DNA of 64,000 nucleotides, from the IMG/VR virus record IMGVR_UViG_3300029288_000152, positions 10,475 to 74,474 of that record; one strand, written 5' to 3'. Positions 8,610 through 17,440 of this stretch are shown here, one piece after another; within the stretch, counting starts at the first letter, position 1, and each line of letters starts with the position of its first letter. A model generated the notes under the pieces. The model was not told where the DNA came from. It ran no database searches and was given only the letters and a program-made list of their open reading frames with translations. Source of the stretch: a virus. Taxonomy: Duplodnaviria; Caudoviricetes. A program made the translations under genes and the position numbers.

Positions 8610-8846
8610 ATGAAGTGCGATAAGTGCGGCGAGGATATGTGGCTGCTCAGTGAGGGCCGGACCCTCGTTGGCTACTATTCTCCTCCCGGCCATGATCATG
8701 ACGACAACTGTGTGACGCGCTACTATGCTTGTCCCAACAATCACAGGCAGTCGACATCCAAGCGCAACACCTGTCCAGTGTGTGACTGGAGGGGGAAGGC
8801 TGAGTGCTTCTGTTGCGGACCAAAGGTGGATGCATGGCCGGATTGA
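8610..8846 (+). CDS. Cys-rich Zn-binding hypothetical protein
   Basis: 78 aa; several CxxC. Confidence 0.7.
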   Translation: MKCDKCGEDMWLLSEGRTLVGYYSPPGHDHDDNCVTRYYACPNNHRQSTSKRNTCPVCDWRGKAECFCCGPKVDAWPD

Positions 8847-8854
8847 GGTGCGGG

Positions 8855-9037
8855 ATGGATCCTAAGCCTAAGCGTAAGCACTGGTACAAGATCGATAAGT
8901 ACGAGTGTCCTGTCTGTGGGCGTGGTGAGGAGTTCCGCACACGGATGTACACTGACCGGCCTGAGAAGCCTGAGGATCGCGTCACATGGCATGAGCAGTA
9001 TGACTGGTGTACGGAGTGGGGAGGGCTGAGCTGTTAA
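8855..9037 (+). CDS. Zn-ribbon hypothetical protein
   Basis: ATG 8855 after GAGGT; CPVC. Confidence 0.7.
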   Translation: MDPKPKRKHWYKIDKYECPVCGRGEEFRTRMYTDRPEKPEDRVTWHEQYDWCTEWGGLSC

Positions 9038-9044
9038 CTGTGAT

Positions 9045-9224
9045 TGTGCTGGGGGCGAGGCCTTGATGTTGGTAAGGCGCTCTCTATGTGAGAGCACAAC
9101 CGAGCCCAACTAAGTCCCTCCATAGGTGCCAAGACGATCCATGCCTGTCCAGGCCTCCATCAAAGAGCATGGCCACGTGAATCATGGAGCCTCCACCCTC
9201 TTGGCAGGAGTGGAGACCAGCACA
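9045..9224 (+). ncRNA. Candidate structured RNA or leader
   Basis: Closing stem TGTGCTGG/CCAGCACA enclosing at least 3 hairpins. Confidence 0.3.
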
Positions 9225-9243
9225 TTTTTGACTGAGGTGCAAC

Positions 9244-9453
9244 ATGATGGAACTCATCAATCACATCCCGTGCAACAATGCCGAGGACATCGAAGTCTAC
9301 ATCTCGGACTGTGAGGTGGATGAGGAGCATCCCGACGTGGAATATGAGGTGTGGGTGGGCTATCCCAACGGTGAGTGGGAGACGATTGATTACTTCCCAT
9401 CCTATGACGACGCGTTGGCCTGTGCCCAGACGTGGCAACCTACCGTGCGGTAA
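9244..9453 (+). CDS. Acidic hypothetical protein
   Basis: 69 aa; GAGGT SD. Confidence 0.75.
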   Translation: MMELINHIPCNNAEDIEVYISDCEVDEEHPDVEYEVWVGYPNGEWETIDYFPSYDDALACAQTWQPTVR

Positions 9454-9468
9454 CTTGTAAAGGAGTAA

Positions 9469-9843
9469 GTGATGAACAGACGAGACATGCTCAAGACCTT
9501 GGTTGGTGTGGCGGCGGTAGGAGCTGTAGCTCCAACGGTCGTGCAGGCAGCGCCTAGTGAACCGACATATTTCCCGGTTCCAAGCCCTCCTACACCGGGA
9601 CCGCTTCCTCCCAAGGACATGCGAACTCCCGAGGAGGTGTGGAAGGAAGAGATGGAGCGGCAGGCACAGGCCATATTTACTTCGGACAGCCCTTATTATC
9701 ACTACGTCAACTACGTGACACCTGAGGTGTACACTAGGCTTATGGAACTTCTTGTTGAGCGGGACCATGCCATCAACACAGTCGCCATGTATGGGCGAAC
9801 CGGCCTGATCATCAACGGAAATGTGATTTTGGCGTTTGCCTAA
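9469..9843 (+). CDS. Protein with twin-arginine (Tat) signal peptide
   Basis: NRRDMLK + hydrophobic region + VQA cleavage site; AAGGAG SD. Confidence 0.75.
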   Translation: MMNRRDMLKTLVGVAAVGAVAPTVVQAAPSEPTYFPVPSPPTPGPLPPKDMRTPEEVWKEEMERQAQAIFTSDSPYYHYVNYVTPEVYTRLMELLVERDHAINTVAMYGRTGLIINGNVILAFA

Positions 9844-9846
9844 GGC

Positions 9847-9875
9847 TTGACAATCTCGTCACGAGGGTGTAAGAT
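9847..9875 (+). promoter_or_regulatory. Sigma70-type promoter
   Basis: TTGACA-ATCTC..-TAAGAT, 17-nt spacer. Confidence 0.65.
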
Positions 9876-10053
9876 GACCACATTTCCCACACCAATCCAG
9901 CGCGTCTTTCGCGTCGTCATTGACTTCGACGATACCAGCCAGTTGGAACTGGTGAAACTACGCTTGGCAGATGCGGCGAGGTTCGTGGATGGGGTGGTGA
10001 GGATCGTCGATGTGCAGGATGTGACGGAAGGAGAAAGAAGGGTAGATGGCTGA
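9874..10053 (+). CDS. Hypothetical protein
   Basis: 59 aa from ATG 9874, which overlaps the -10 box. Confidence 0.5.
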   Translation: MTTFPTPIQRVFRVVIDFDDTSQLELVKLRLADAARFVDGVVRIVDVQDVTEGERRVDG

Positions 10054-10948
10054 ATCAAAGCGAACGATCTTATTGTACGGCAGAAGTCGGGCGGGCAAGT
10101 CCACCATGATAGGTGAGTTAGCTGAGCACATCAAAGTCACGAAGGGCAAACTCACCCGCCTCTACACGGCTGACCGTGGTGGGGTTGATCCCATCAGGCC
10201 CTACATTGACTTGGGCATCATCCAAGCTGTGGAGATGGGCGATACAGATCCATGGATCTTCCTTCACAATGCGGTGCGTGGGAGGGTGCGGGATGGATCA
10301 GGCAAGTGGATACCCGGAAAGAATGATGACATTGGCTTCTGGGCATTTGAGAGTTACACGTCATTTGCTGATGCCCTCATGCTATCTATGGCGATCAAGG
10401 CTGGACAGGGGATCAACATTGGTGGGGGCGCGAATGTGGCGTTCACCGCCACTGGAGATGGGGAGACGGTCAAGATCAGCGGCTCCAACATGGCCCATTA
10501 TGGGGTCTGTCAGTCAAGGCTGACTGAGGAATCATGGGAGAGTCAGAAACTCCCCGGCTTGTTCATCTTGTGGACGGCAAGTGTCACGAAGGAGGATGAC
10601 CCCACCGCTACGGGGAAGGTCTTGGGAGCAGCCGTGGCAGGCAAGGCACTAGCAACGGAACTGTTCAGATGGTTTGGACTGTCCTTCCGCATTGATGCCC
10701 TACCAGCCCAGCAGGGGAAGCCTGAACGTCACATCCTCTACATGGGGAACAGTGTGGACATTGGTGCCGGGAATGCCGTAGGGCTGGGAAATACCAGGAT
10801 TCCCATGGATGCGACACCGTTGCCGAGTAGCATTGAACCCGCATCACTCGTCAAAGCCCTGCAGATGATTGATGCCAGTGCGGTGACAGCCATGGATGTC
10901 ATCAAGAAGAGACTCGCAGAAGCTAAACCCGTCACCGTAACTCGTTAA
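10046..10948 (+). CDS. AAA_24/Sak4-like P-loop ATPase (recombination/replication)
   Basis: ILLYGRSRAGKST Walker A; position next to nuclease and SSB-like gene. Confidence 0.8.
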   Translation: MAESKRTILLYGRSRAGKSTMIGELAEHIKVTKGKLTRLYTADRGGVDPIRPYIDLGIIQAVEMGDTDPWIFLHNAVRGRVRDGSGKWIPGKNDDIGFWAFESYTSFADALMLSMAIKAGQGINIGGGANVAFTATGDGETVKISGSNMAHYGVCQSRLTEESWESQKLPGLFILWTASVTKEDDPTATGKVLGAAVAGKALATELFRWFGLSFRIDALPAQQGKPERHILYMGNSVDIGAGNAVGLGNTRIPMDATPLPSSIEPASLVKALQMIDASAVTAMDVIKKRLAEAKPVTVTR

Positions 10949-10964
10949 CTGACAAGGAGTAGGT

Positions 10965-11564
10965 ATGATTGACATCTCGGAGCTTGGGAATCTCAAGGAC
11001 GCAGAGCCGCTTGACCTCGATATATATCGAGACTCGCAAGAGGCTCAACCCCTCCCGCACAAGGGGCGGTACACCGTGCAGGCCCCGGACAGCTTTCCAG
11101 CGACTGCGTTCAAGGCCGCTAAGTCTGGCTATCTGTCCGCCCAGATTGATCCGAAGATTATCGGCCCCACCAATGAGGGCTACACGATCCGCTTCGTGCG
11201 GGTCAGTGCCAAGCCGTTCAAGCGTGGGGGTGTCACCGTCAGCCAGCTGGGGGATTACCTCCGGGCCACTGGCAGGCGTGGACAGGTCGGCAGTGATCCT
11301 CAGGCTCAGGCCGACGCCGTGGAGCAGACCGCCAATCAGGTCTATCAGATCGATGCCGATTGGCGGGCCTATTGCACCAACTGTGGATTCTCCATAGAGG
11401 GTGAGGGACGCTTCCCGGCCAATGGCACTGGCGAGCACACCCCGTGGACGGTGTGCCCGAACTGCAAGGATCCCGAGGATGTGACCTTCAAGGATGAAGG
11501 ACGTGATCAGCGTCAGTTGGCCCTGAGGGCTAATCTCGTCGTGTCACGGTACGTCGCAGCGTAA
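10965..11564 (+). CDS. Putative SSB or annealing-partner protein with Zn ribbon
   Basis: Directly follows the AAA_24 gene; two CxxC; function inferred from synteny. Confidence 0.55.
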   Translation: MIDISELGNLKDAEPLDLDIYRDSQEAQPLPHKGRYTVQAPDSFPATAFKAAKSGYLSAQIDPKIIGPTNEGYTIRFVRVSAKPFKRGGVTVSQLGDYLRATGRRGQVGSDPQAQADAVEQTANQVYQIDADWRAYCTNCGFSIEGEGRFPANGTGEHTPWTVCPNCKDPEDVTFKDEGRDQRQLALRANLVVSRYVAA

Positions 11565-11594
11565 TCGTTCACGCGGCAGAAAGGGGGCGACAGG

Positions 11595-12266
11595 ATGGGA
11601 TGCGATATTCACATCGTCATTCAGGCGCAGGATCCGAATGGCGTATGGCAGGAGATCGTGTATCAGGACACTCCGTGGCAGAAGGACAAAGCGACCATCC
11701 CCGGCATTCCTGTCGCCCCCGATGGGTTCGATGGACGGAACTATGACCTGTTTGGCATCTTGGCGAATGTGCGGAATGGATCAGGGTTTGCAGGGATCGA
11801 GACGGGATCGGGCTGGCCGTCCATAGCCCCTGATCGGGGATGGCCGGATGAGTTTGACGCTGAGCAGGTGGCGCTAACGCCAGAGTATCCCGAGGATGGT
11901 CCCCGGTTCATGGGTGAGCATTCCTTCACATGGGTCAGCTTGGATGAACTCAAAGCCTTCCCATGGGATGCCACGAAATCGACGTTGTATGGTGTGGTGC
12001 CTGCCAATGAGTATGAGGTCTTGAAGAAGCACCATGCCAAACCACGCTGCTACAGTGGATCGGTTGGTGGCCCCGGCATTGAAACCGTGACGGCCAAGGT
12101 GTGGGATGAAGGCAATCCACCCATCTGTCAGCGGCCCTATGTCCAGATGTCATGGGAAGAGACGGCACGGGAGGCCACTAATGACTGGCCGGAGCAGGTG
12201 ATTCCATGGCTGGAGTCCCTCGCGGCAGGGAGACCGCTGCGATTGGTGCTGGGGTTTGATAGCTAA
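11595..12266 (+). CDS. Conserved phage hypothetical (MGCDIH..FDS family)
   Basis: MGCDIH start, RNYDLFGILANVR, terminal RLVLGFDS. Confidence 0.85.
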   Translation: MGCDIHIVIQAQDPNGVWQEIVYQDTPWQKDKATIPGIPVAPDGFDGRNYDLFGILANVRNGSGFAGIETGSGWPSIAPDRGWPDEFDAEQVALTPEYPEDGPRFMGEHSFTWVSLDELKAFPWDATKSTLYGVVPANEYEVLKKHHAKPRCYSGSVGGPGIETVTAKVWDEGNPPICQRPYVQMSWEETAREATNDWPEQVIPWLESLAAGRPLRLVLGFDS

Positions 12267-12268
12267 GG

Positions 12269-12721
12269 ATGGCCATGAAGCAGATCCACTACTCGAAGGG
12301 CTACAAGTATCAGCTGGATGAAGACTATGTACATGTACTACTCGTACCAGTCCCTCATCCCATCGATCACCCCTTCTTTCGGATCTGCGGAACGGAGCTG
12401 ATTGTCAAGGTCGGGTATGCTTGGGATGGACCCAGCGGCCCGACCATTGACACGGACACCTTCATGCGAGGGTCACTGGTGCATGATGTGTTGTACCAGT
12501 GCATCGTCCTGAAGTTGATTCCTATGGAGTATAAGGATGCAGCCGATGATGAACTCGTCCTCATCTGCTACGAGGATTACATGAGTGCGGCGCGGAGATG
12601 GTGGGTGGGCAAAGGATTGGACATTGGCGGGGATGAGGCACTGGCGCATGGTCCCAAGCCCGTGCTGGTATCCCCCAAGAAACAACGAGTACCACTTCAT
12701 GGATGGGCGGTAGCTACATGA
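12269..12721 (+). CDS. DUF1353-like phage protein
   Basis: GYAWDGPSGP..GSLVHDVLY..AD motif. Confidence 0.75.
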   Translation: MAMKQIHYSKGYKYQLDEDYVHVLLVPVPHPIDHPFFRICGTELIVKVGYAWDGPSGPTIDTDTFMRGSLVHDVLYQCIVLKLIPMEYKDAADDELVLICYEDYMSAARRWWVGKGLDIGGDEALAHGPKPVLVSPKKQRVPLHGWAVAT

Positions 12722-12966
12722 TACTCCAGCAGGCAGAACGCACACGATTAGAAGTGATTGAGTGCCCCATTTGTCAGCGATTGCATGCCCGCACAGGAGC
12801 CATCAATTTCACCTGTTGCGTCTTCCATCCCCCAGGATCGTGTTGTCACTATGGATGGACAGCCGTGACGCCTACTATGTTGGCTAGGATGCTTGCTGTG
12901 TTAGATGAGGAGGTGCTCCATGGCCCCAGCAGCCGAGATGGCGATGCTCTACCAGAAGATTGCTGA
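12718..12966 (+). CDS. Cys-rich hypothetical protein
   Basis: ATGA coupling; CPIC, CC motifs. Confidence 0.65.
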   Translation: MILQQAERTRLEVIECPICQRLHARTGAINFTCCVFHPPGSCCHYGWTAVTPTMLARMLAVLDEEVLHGPSSRDGDALPEDC

Positions 12967-13051
12967 GCTGGAAGCGCAAGTGCAGGCTCAGGCGGAGTAC
13001 ATCAAGCTGCTCCAGCAACGGATTCTGAAGATGAATGATCGGGAGGACTAG
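12920..13051 (+). CDS. Short coiled-coil protein
   Basis: 43 aa; GAGGAGG SD; heptad pattern. Confidence 0.6.
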   Translation: MAPAAEMAMLYQKIAELEAQVQAQAEYIKLLQQRILKMNDRED

Positions 13052-13255
13052 ATGGGCAACGTGTTCATCAACTCCATCGTAGCTGGCAGGAGGGCTGGGA
13101 AGTCGTGTATGTTGATGTTACTGGAAGCAGATAGACGATATACCGATCAATGCACTCCCCAAAAACTGGCGGACTGGGCATCCGATTGGTGTCGCTATAG
13201 CATCATGCAGCAGCACTGCACCGATCCTGAACTGTACTTAGATGAAGGGATATAA
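13052..13255 (+). CDS. Small protein with C-terminal tag (..TDPELYLDEGI)
   Basis: 67 aa; GGGAGG SD. Confidence 0.8.
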   Translation: MGNVFINSIVAGRRAGKSCMLMLLEADRRYTDQCTPQKLADWASDWCRYSIMQQHCTDPELYLDEGI

Positions 13256-13259
13256 TTAG

Positions 13260-14441
13260 ATGGCGCAGTACCCCTATCCCGACGAGCCAGAGTGGTGGTC
13301 GCGGGTCTACATGGAGACCATCAAAGCCGACTTCAAGGAAGCAGGCCGAGATGTCGAACAGCTTCCCTACCAGGAGTGGTCAGAACTCCTGCGCTGGTTT
13401 GCGCGAGGTGGCTATAGTTGTCATGAGATGCCCCAGGAAGCGGCACTGATCAAGCATCAGCGAGAATGGCGGGAGGAGCTGGGGCTGCCCGTGCCTGACC
13501 CCCCAACCCCAGCCCTCCAGCCCTTGCGGGTGAAGGATCACGTCTTCACCTTGGCCGATGGCACGCTCTGGACCATGGTGGAGTGTAGCGATTTCAACTT
13601 GCTCGGACGGTACCTGAATGGGGAGGACATTCGGCCCGTTCTAGAGCAGCGTAAAGCCTGTGGCTACAACACGTTACGGGTGTTTACGGCCTATGATGTG
13701 GTGGGGATTGGGACGCTCAAGCCCTCGGATGCGCTCTATGATGCCATCCCCAGTTTCCTCGACCTCTGTGCGTCCTATGGATTCTATGTAGAACTGGTCG
13801 CGTTCACCGGCCCCTACGACACCCTCTTCGTCAACGACGCGGCCAAGGTGCGGCACTGGGAACTGCTCATCTGGGCATGTTCCGGCCTGACCAATGTGCT
13901 GCTCGAACTGGTGAATGAGGGAGACCATCAAGCCAATAAAGACATTCCGTTTAGTCAGTTACGGCAACCGCCCAATGTCGTCTGCTCCCATGGGTCGGCC
14001 ATGGCTGACCACCCACCTATGCAGCCCGTGTGGGTCTACAGTTCGTACCACTCCAATGGCTTGAGTGAGTGGTGGAGGAAGACCGGACATAATAGCATGG
14101 AGATGGGGGACACCTATGGGGGTCCCTGCACGGGGAATGAGAACACCCGCTATACTGACAGTGACAGCAATCAGACGCATGCCTCGGAAGCAGCTAGAGC
14201 AGCAGCGCTCCTGTGTGCTGGATCCTGCTATCACTCGGTGAGGGGCAAGTCATCCCAGCTGTGGGATGGGCAGGAACTCGTCTGTGCGCAGGCGTGGGCC
14301 AGTGGGGCGAGGAGTGTGGACTTGACGTTTCAGGTGGGGCAGTACCATCATCGGAAGGACTTGGAGACGCCCGGAGTGCTGAGAGCGTATGATCGCACCC
14401 TCTCCAATGGCCAAGCCTTTATCGTCATCATTCATGAATGA
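13260..14441 (+). CDS. GH5/clan GH-A-like glycoside hydrolase (TIM barrel)
   Basis: GYNTLRVF, LELVNEGD (acid/base NE) and later GNE motif. Confidence 0.6.
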   Translation: MAQYPYPDEPEWWSRVYMETIKADFKEAGRDVEQLPYQEWSELLRWFARGGYSCHEMPQEAALIKHQREWREELGLPVPDPPTPALQPLRVKDHVFTLADGTLWTMVECSDFNLLGRYLNGEDIRPVLEQRKACGYNTLRVFTAYDVVGIGTLKPSDALYDAIPSFLDLCASYGFYVELVAFTGPYDTLFVNDAAKVRHWELLIWACSGLTNVLLELVNEGDHQANKDIPFSQLRQPPNVVCSHGSAMADHPPMQPVWVYSSYHSNGLSEWWRKTGHNSMEMGDTYGGPCTGNENTRYTDSDSNQTHASEAARAAALLCAGSCYHSVRGKSSQLWDGQELVCAQAWASGARSVDLTFQVGQYHHRKDLETPGVLRAYDRTLSNGQAFIVIIHE

Positions 14442-14707
14442 TAAGGATCATGATATCACCCAGACCTGAAGAATTCGATCATGATGACTGCCCATTCTGT
14501 GGTGAGCCATCTGAACCCTATGAAGGGGTACCAGATCAAACCCTGCGGGTCTGCCCAAGCTGTTTGGAGGTGTGGTGGGAAGACATGGGCCAGCCCGTAT
14601 ACCGTTCCAAGAAGGAATCGCATGGGATATGGACATATCGTGGAGACACACGTGCCAGGTGCGGAAATCACGCGGCTCATCAACACGAAGATTGGCCCGG
14701 CCATTGA
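14438..14707 (+). CDS. Zn-ribbon hypothetical protein
   Basis: CPFC..CPSC. Confidence 0.55.
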   Translation: MIRIMISPRPEEFDHDDCPFCGEPSEPYEGVPDQTLRVCPSCLEVWWEDMGQPVYRSKKESHGIWTYRGDTRARCGNHAAHQHEDWPGH

Positions 14708-14897
14708 GGGGGAGGATGAGCATACGGTGGCCATTGCCCTCCTGACCTGTGCCATCCTGATGATGAAGCCGGAGGTGTCTGTCGAGCAGTTGCAGGAAGG
14801 GATTACGTGGCTGAGTCAGGGGATGTGCCTGCTCTTGGCTGACATGGTTCCTGAGACGGAAGGGGTTGAGGACACGAAGCCTGTGGTGGCCAACTAG
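14622..14897 (+). CDS. Hypothetical protein
   Basis: ATG 14622 after AAGGA; 91 aa. Confidence 0.65.
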   Translation: MGYGHIVETHVPGAEITRLINTKIGPAIEGEDEHTVAIALLTCAILMMKPEVSVEQLQEGITWLSQGMCLLLADMVPETEGVEDTKPVVAN

Positions 14898-14899
14898 CC

Positions 14900-15433
14900 A
14901 TGTTTGAGACACTGCATCCGCCCTATAAGGTGATCTACGCCGATCCGCCATGGAACTATCGGGACAAGCATCGTGGGCATGGGGGAGCGGAGGATCATTA
15001 TGCCACGATGACCACCGATGAGACGTGCATGTTGGATGTAGAGGATCTGGTAGATCGGGATGCCCTGCTCTTCCTGTGGGCAACCTTTCCCAACCTGCCA
15101 GAAGCCCTACAGGTGATGCACTATTGGGGATTCACCTACAAGACCCAAGCCTTCACATGGATTAAAACCTATCCACGCAATGGCAAGCCCGTCATGGGAA
15201 TGGGATCCTACACTCGCAGCAATGCGGAGGTGTGCTTGCTCGGGTTGAAGGGCAGGAAATGGAATCTAGCGCGGAATGTGTCGAGCGTAATCATCGCCCC
15301 GAGGGGTCAGCATAGTGCCAAGCCACCTGAGGTCAGGGAAAGGATTGTGCAACTGTGTGGAGATGTGCCACGGGTGGAGCTGTTTGCGCGGGAGAGGGTG
15401 CCAGGATGGGATTGTTGGGGGCTTGAGGTGTAG
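14900..15433 (+). CDS. MT-A70 family adenine methyltransferase
   Basis: VIYADPPW, LFLWAT, HSAKP, ELFAR..GWDCWG. Confidence 0.92.
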   Translation: MFETLHPPYKVIYADPPWNYRDKHRGHGGAEDHYATMTTDETCMLDVEDLVDRDALLFLWATFPNLPEALQVMHYWGFTYKTQAFTWIKTYPRNGKPVMGMGSYTRSNAEVCLLGLKGRKWNLARNVSSVIIAPRGQHSAKPPEVRERIVQLCGDVPRVELFARERVPGWDCWGLEV

Positions 15434-15441
15434 GAGGTACT

Positions 15442-15753
15442 ATGGTACCATATGAGTACTACGGCACAACTGGATTCACCGCTCAACAGCAGTACCAGCA
15501 GGCCATGAATGCGCAACAGACCCAATGGTATGGGATACCAGAGTGGGACAACGGGGCGACTCATGGCACATGGGCAGGGATAACCCGTGCCACCAACCCA
15601 TACTGGCAAACTTCTATAGGCAACATCGCGACAGATCCTAACACAGCACTGAATACCATCTGGTTCGTGAACCCCAGTTCCTGTGCGATCATTGACGGCA
15701 TTGCTACTCCTAAACCCATCGACCCCGATCTCTACATCGATGAGGGGATATGA
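15442..15753 (+). CDS. Low-complexity protein with C-terminal tag (..IDPDLYIDEGI)
   Basis: 103 aa; GGAGGT SD. Confidence 0.8.
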   Translation: MVPYEYYGTTGFTAQQQYQQAMNAQQTQWYGIPEWDNGATHGTWAGITRATNPYWQTSIGNIATDPNTALNTIWFVNPSSCAIIDGIATPKPIDPDLYIDEGI

Positions 15754-16037
15754 GAGCCATTCTTCACACCGTCTGTGGATGTACCAAAACCGTCACTATC
15801 AGCAGATTCGCTGATAGCATCAGCATCCCTTACACGGCTGGTACTCGTGTGGTGTACGATCCCACTGAACAGGGACCCCCGCCACCCCAAACTAGGAAAC
15901 GCATCTTCGAGTATCGGTCAGATGGGGCAGATGGGGCGTACTACTATGAACGACTCGATCCGCCTCCTGCACCATGTCCTACCTGCAAGCGTGCTCAGCA
16001 GTTACTGGACACCTACGGTCTTGATGAGGGTATTTAG
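15750..16037 (+). CDS. Small protein with short tag (..YGLDEGI)
   Basis: 95 aa; ATGA coupling. Confidence 0.8.
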   Translation: MRAILHTVCGCTKTVTISRFADSISIPYTAGTRVVYDPTEQGPPPPQTRKRIFEYRSDGADGAYYYERLDPPPAPCPTCKRAQQLLDTYGLDEGI

Positions 16038-16244
16038 ATGACTCCCACACCTAGAAGGTGGACTAACCAAGAAGTAGCCGTCGCTATCCAGTCTGAGGGA
16101 GACCTTGGCTACGTGGTTCAGCACTACTTGCCGCTAGACCGTATTGCAGACACGAAGTTGCGAGACTTGTGCATCCGTGCCAAGACCTGCCTTGACCAGA
16201 TAGAGGAAATGTTGCAGGATGAACTTGATGACGAGGGCATATGA
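16038..16244 (+). CDS. Small protein with short tag (..ELDDEGI)
   Basis: 68 aa. Confidence 0.8.
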   Translation: MTPTPRRWTNQEVAVAIQSEGDLGYVVQHYLPLDRIADTKLRDLCIRAKTCLDQIEEMLQDELDDEGI

Positions 16245-16543
16245 ATCCCACACCTGAAATGTTCGCCCTTCTCCGCTCCAGAGCCCAGTCCTTCAGCCGC
16301 AAGGTGGCTCCGATCTACCACCAGATGGGCTGGAAGTGGGCACTGGATCGGGCCCGAGGCATGCAAGTGCCGTCTGAGCGGGACATCCACATTGCCGCCT
16401 TGGGACTCATTGATGAGCTAGAGGATGCCATCGGGACACACGTCTCCGAAGTCACCTCAGGGGGCATCGCGGTGAAAGCAGATGATCATGGCCTACATCT
16501 CATCTTTGAGCTGTCTACGTCAGTGTTGTATGGAGATGTGTGA
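16241..16543 (+). CDS. Hypothetical protein
   Basis: 100 aa; ATGA coupling. Confidence 0.75.
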   Translation: MNPTPEMFALLRSRAQSFSRKVAPIYHQMGWKWALDRARGMQVPSERDIHIAALGLIDELEDAIGTHVSEVTSGGIAVKADDHGLHLIFELSTSVLYGDV

Positions 16544-16812
16544 TGCTGATCCTTGACACACATATCCATCGGTGTCGAGCCTGTCAGGATGAGTGGATCT
16601 GCAGCATGCCTGATTGCACACAGGATGATATCTGTGATCAGTGTGATCATGCAGCTTTTGAAGATTGGATGATGGCCAATGATTACTTTACGGGAAGTAG
16701 ACGAACTGCTGGGGCTGTACTACGAACGCATCATGACCGACATGGCCTCGGAGGAGTGGAGCGGGAAGGATCTTCTAAGACAGGATCAACTCGACCAACA
16801 AGTGATCACTGA
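16540..16812 (+). CDS. Cys-rich hypothetical protein
   Basis: 3 prime half overlaps 16679..16843 in another frame. Confidence 0.5.
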   Translation: MMLILDTHIHRCRACQDEWICSMPDCTQDDICDQCDHAAFEDWMMANDYFTGSRRTAGAVLRTHHDRHGLGGVEREGSSKTGSTRPTSDH

Positions 16813-16843
16813 TCCTGAACTATTCCTAGATGAGGGGATCTAA
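16679..16843 (+). CDS. 54-aa protein with C-terminal tag (..TDPELFLDEGI), absent from ORF track
   Basis: MITLREVDELLGLYYERIMTDMASEEWSGKDLLRQDQLDQQVITDPELFLDEGI, read by hand. Confidence 0.75.
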   Translation: MITLREVDELLGLYYERIMTDMASEEWSGKDLLRQDQLDQQVITDPELFLDEGI

Positions 16844-17440
16844 TTGTCAAAACTTATAGACTTAACCGGACACAAATTTGGGACGCTGACTGTTCTAAAA
16901 CGTGCAACCAACAACAAGTGGCGACAAGTTAGGTGGAGGTGTCAGTGTAGCTGTGGCAGGCAGATTGTAACTGAGCGTGCTTCGCTAATGCGAGGTTACA
17001 CCAAGTCATGTGGTTGTCAGTTGCGAGCATCAATACGCAAAGCCCTTTCAACGCATGGACATAGCCATGCAGTTAATGGCAATCCTACCTCTGAGTACCG
17101 CTCATGGACTAGCATGCGAAATCGTTGTTCAAATCCCAAAGGAGACAAACACCTCCTTTACAAGGACCGAGGGATAAAAGTATGTGATCGTTGGCAGCAC
17201 AGCTTTGAAACGTTTCTAAAGGACATGGGACCAAGACCTTCAAAAGGATTTACACTGGATCGCATAGATAACGATGGAAACTATGAGCCATCCAATTGTA
17301 GATGGGCAACCAAAAAAGAGCAATCGGCTAACAGACGGTCACCCACTAAAATGCAGCAGGAGATGAACACCTTAAGGCATAAGCTAGAACAGTACGAAAC
17401 TAAGTTTGGGAAGCTAGAGGAGGAGCCTCTTGCTATCTAA
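16844..17440 (+). CDS. HNH-family homing endonuclease
   Basis: DLTG.KFG.LTV, CxCxCG, SCGC, RGIKVCDRW, TLDRIDNDGNYEPSNCRWAT. Confidence 0.9.
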   Translation: MSKLIDLTGHKFGTLTVLKRATNNKWRQVRWRCQCSCGRQIVTERASLMRGYTKSCGCQLRASIRKALSTHGHSHAVNGNPTSEYRSWTSMRNRCSNPKGDKHLLYKDRGIKVCDRWQHSFETFLKDMGPRPSKGFTLDRIDNDGNYEPSNCRWATKKEQSANRRSPTKMQQEMNTLRHKLEQYETKFGKLEEEPLAI

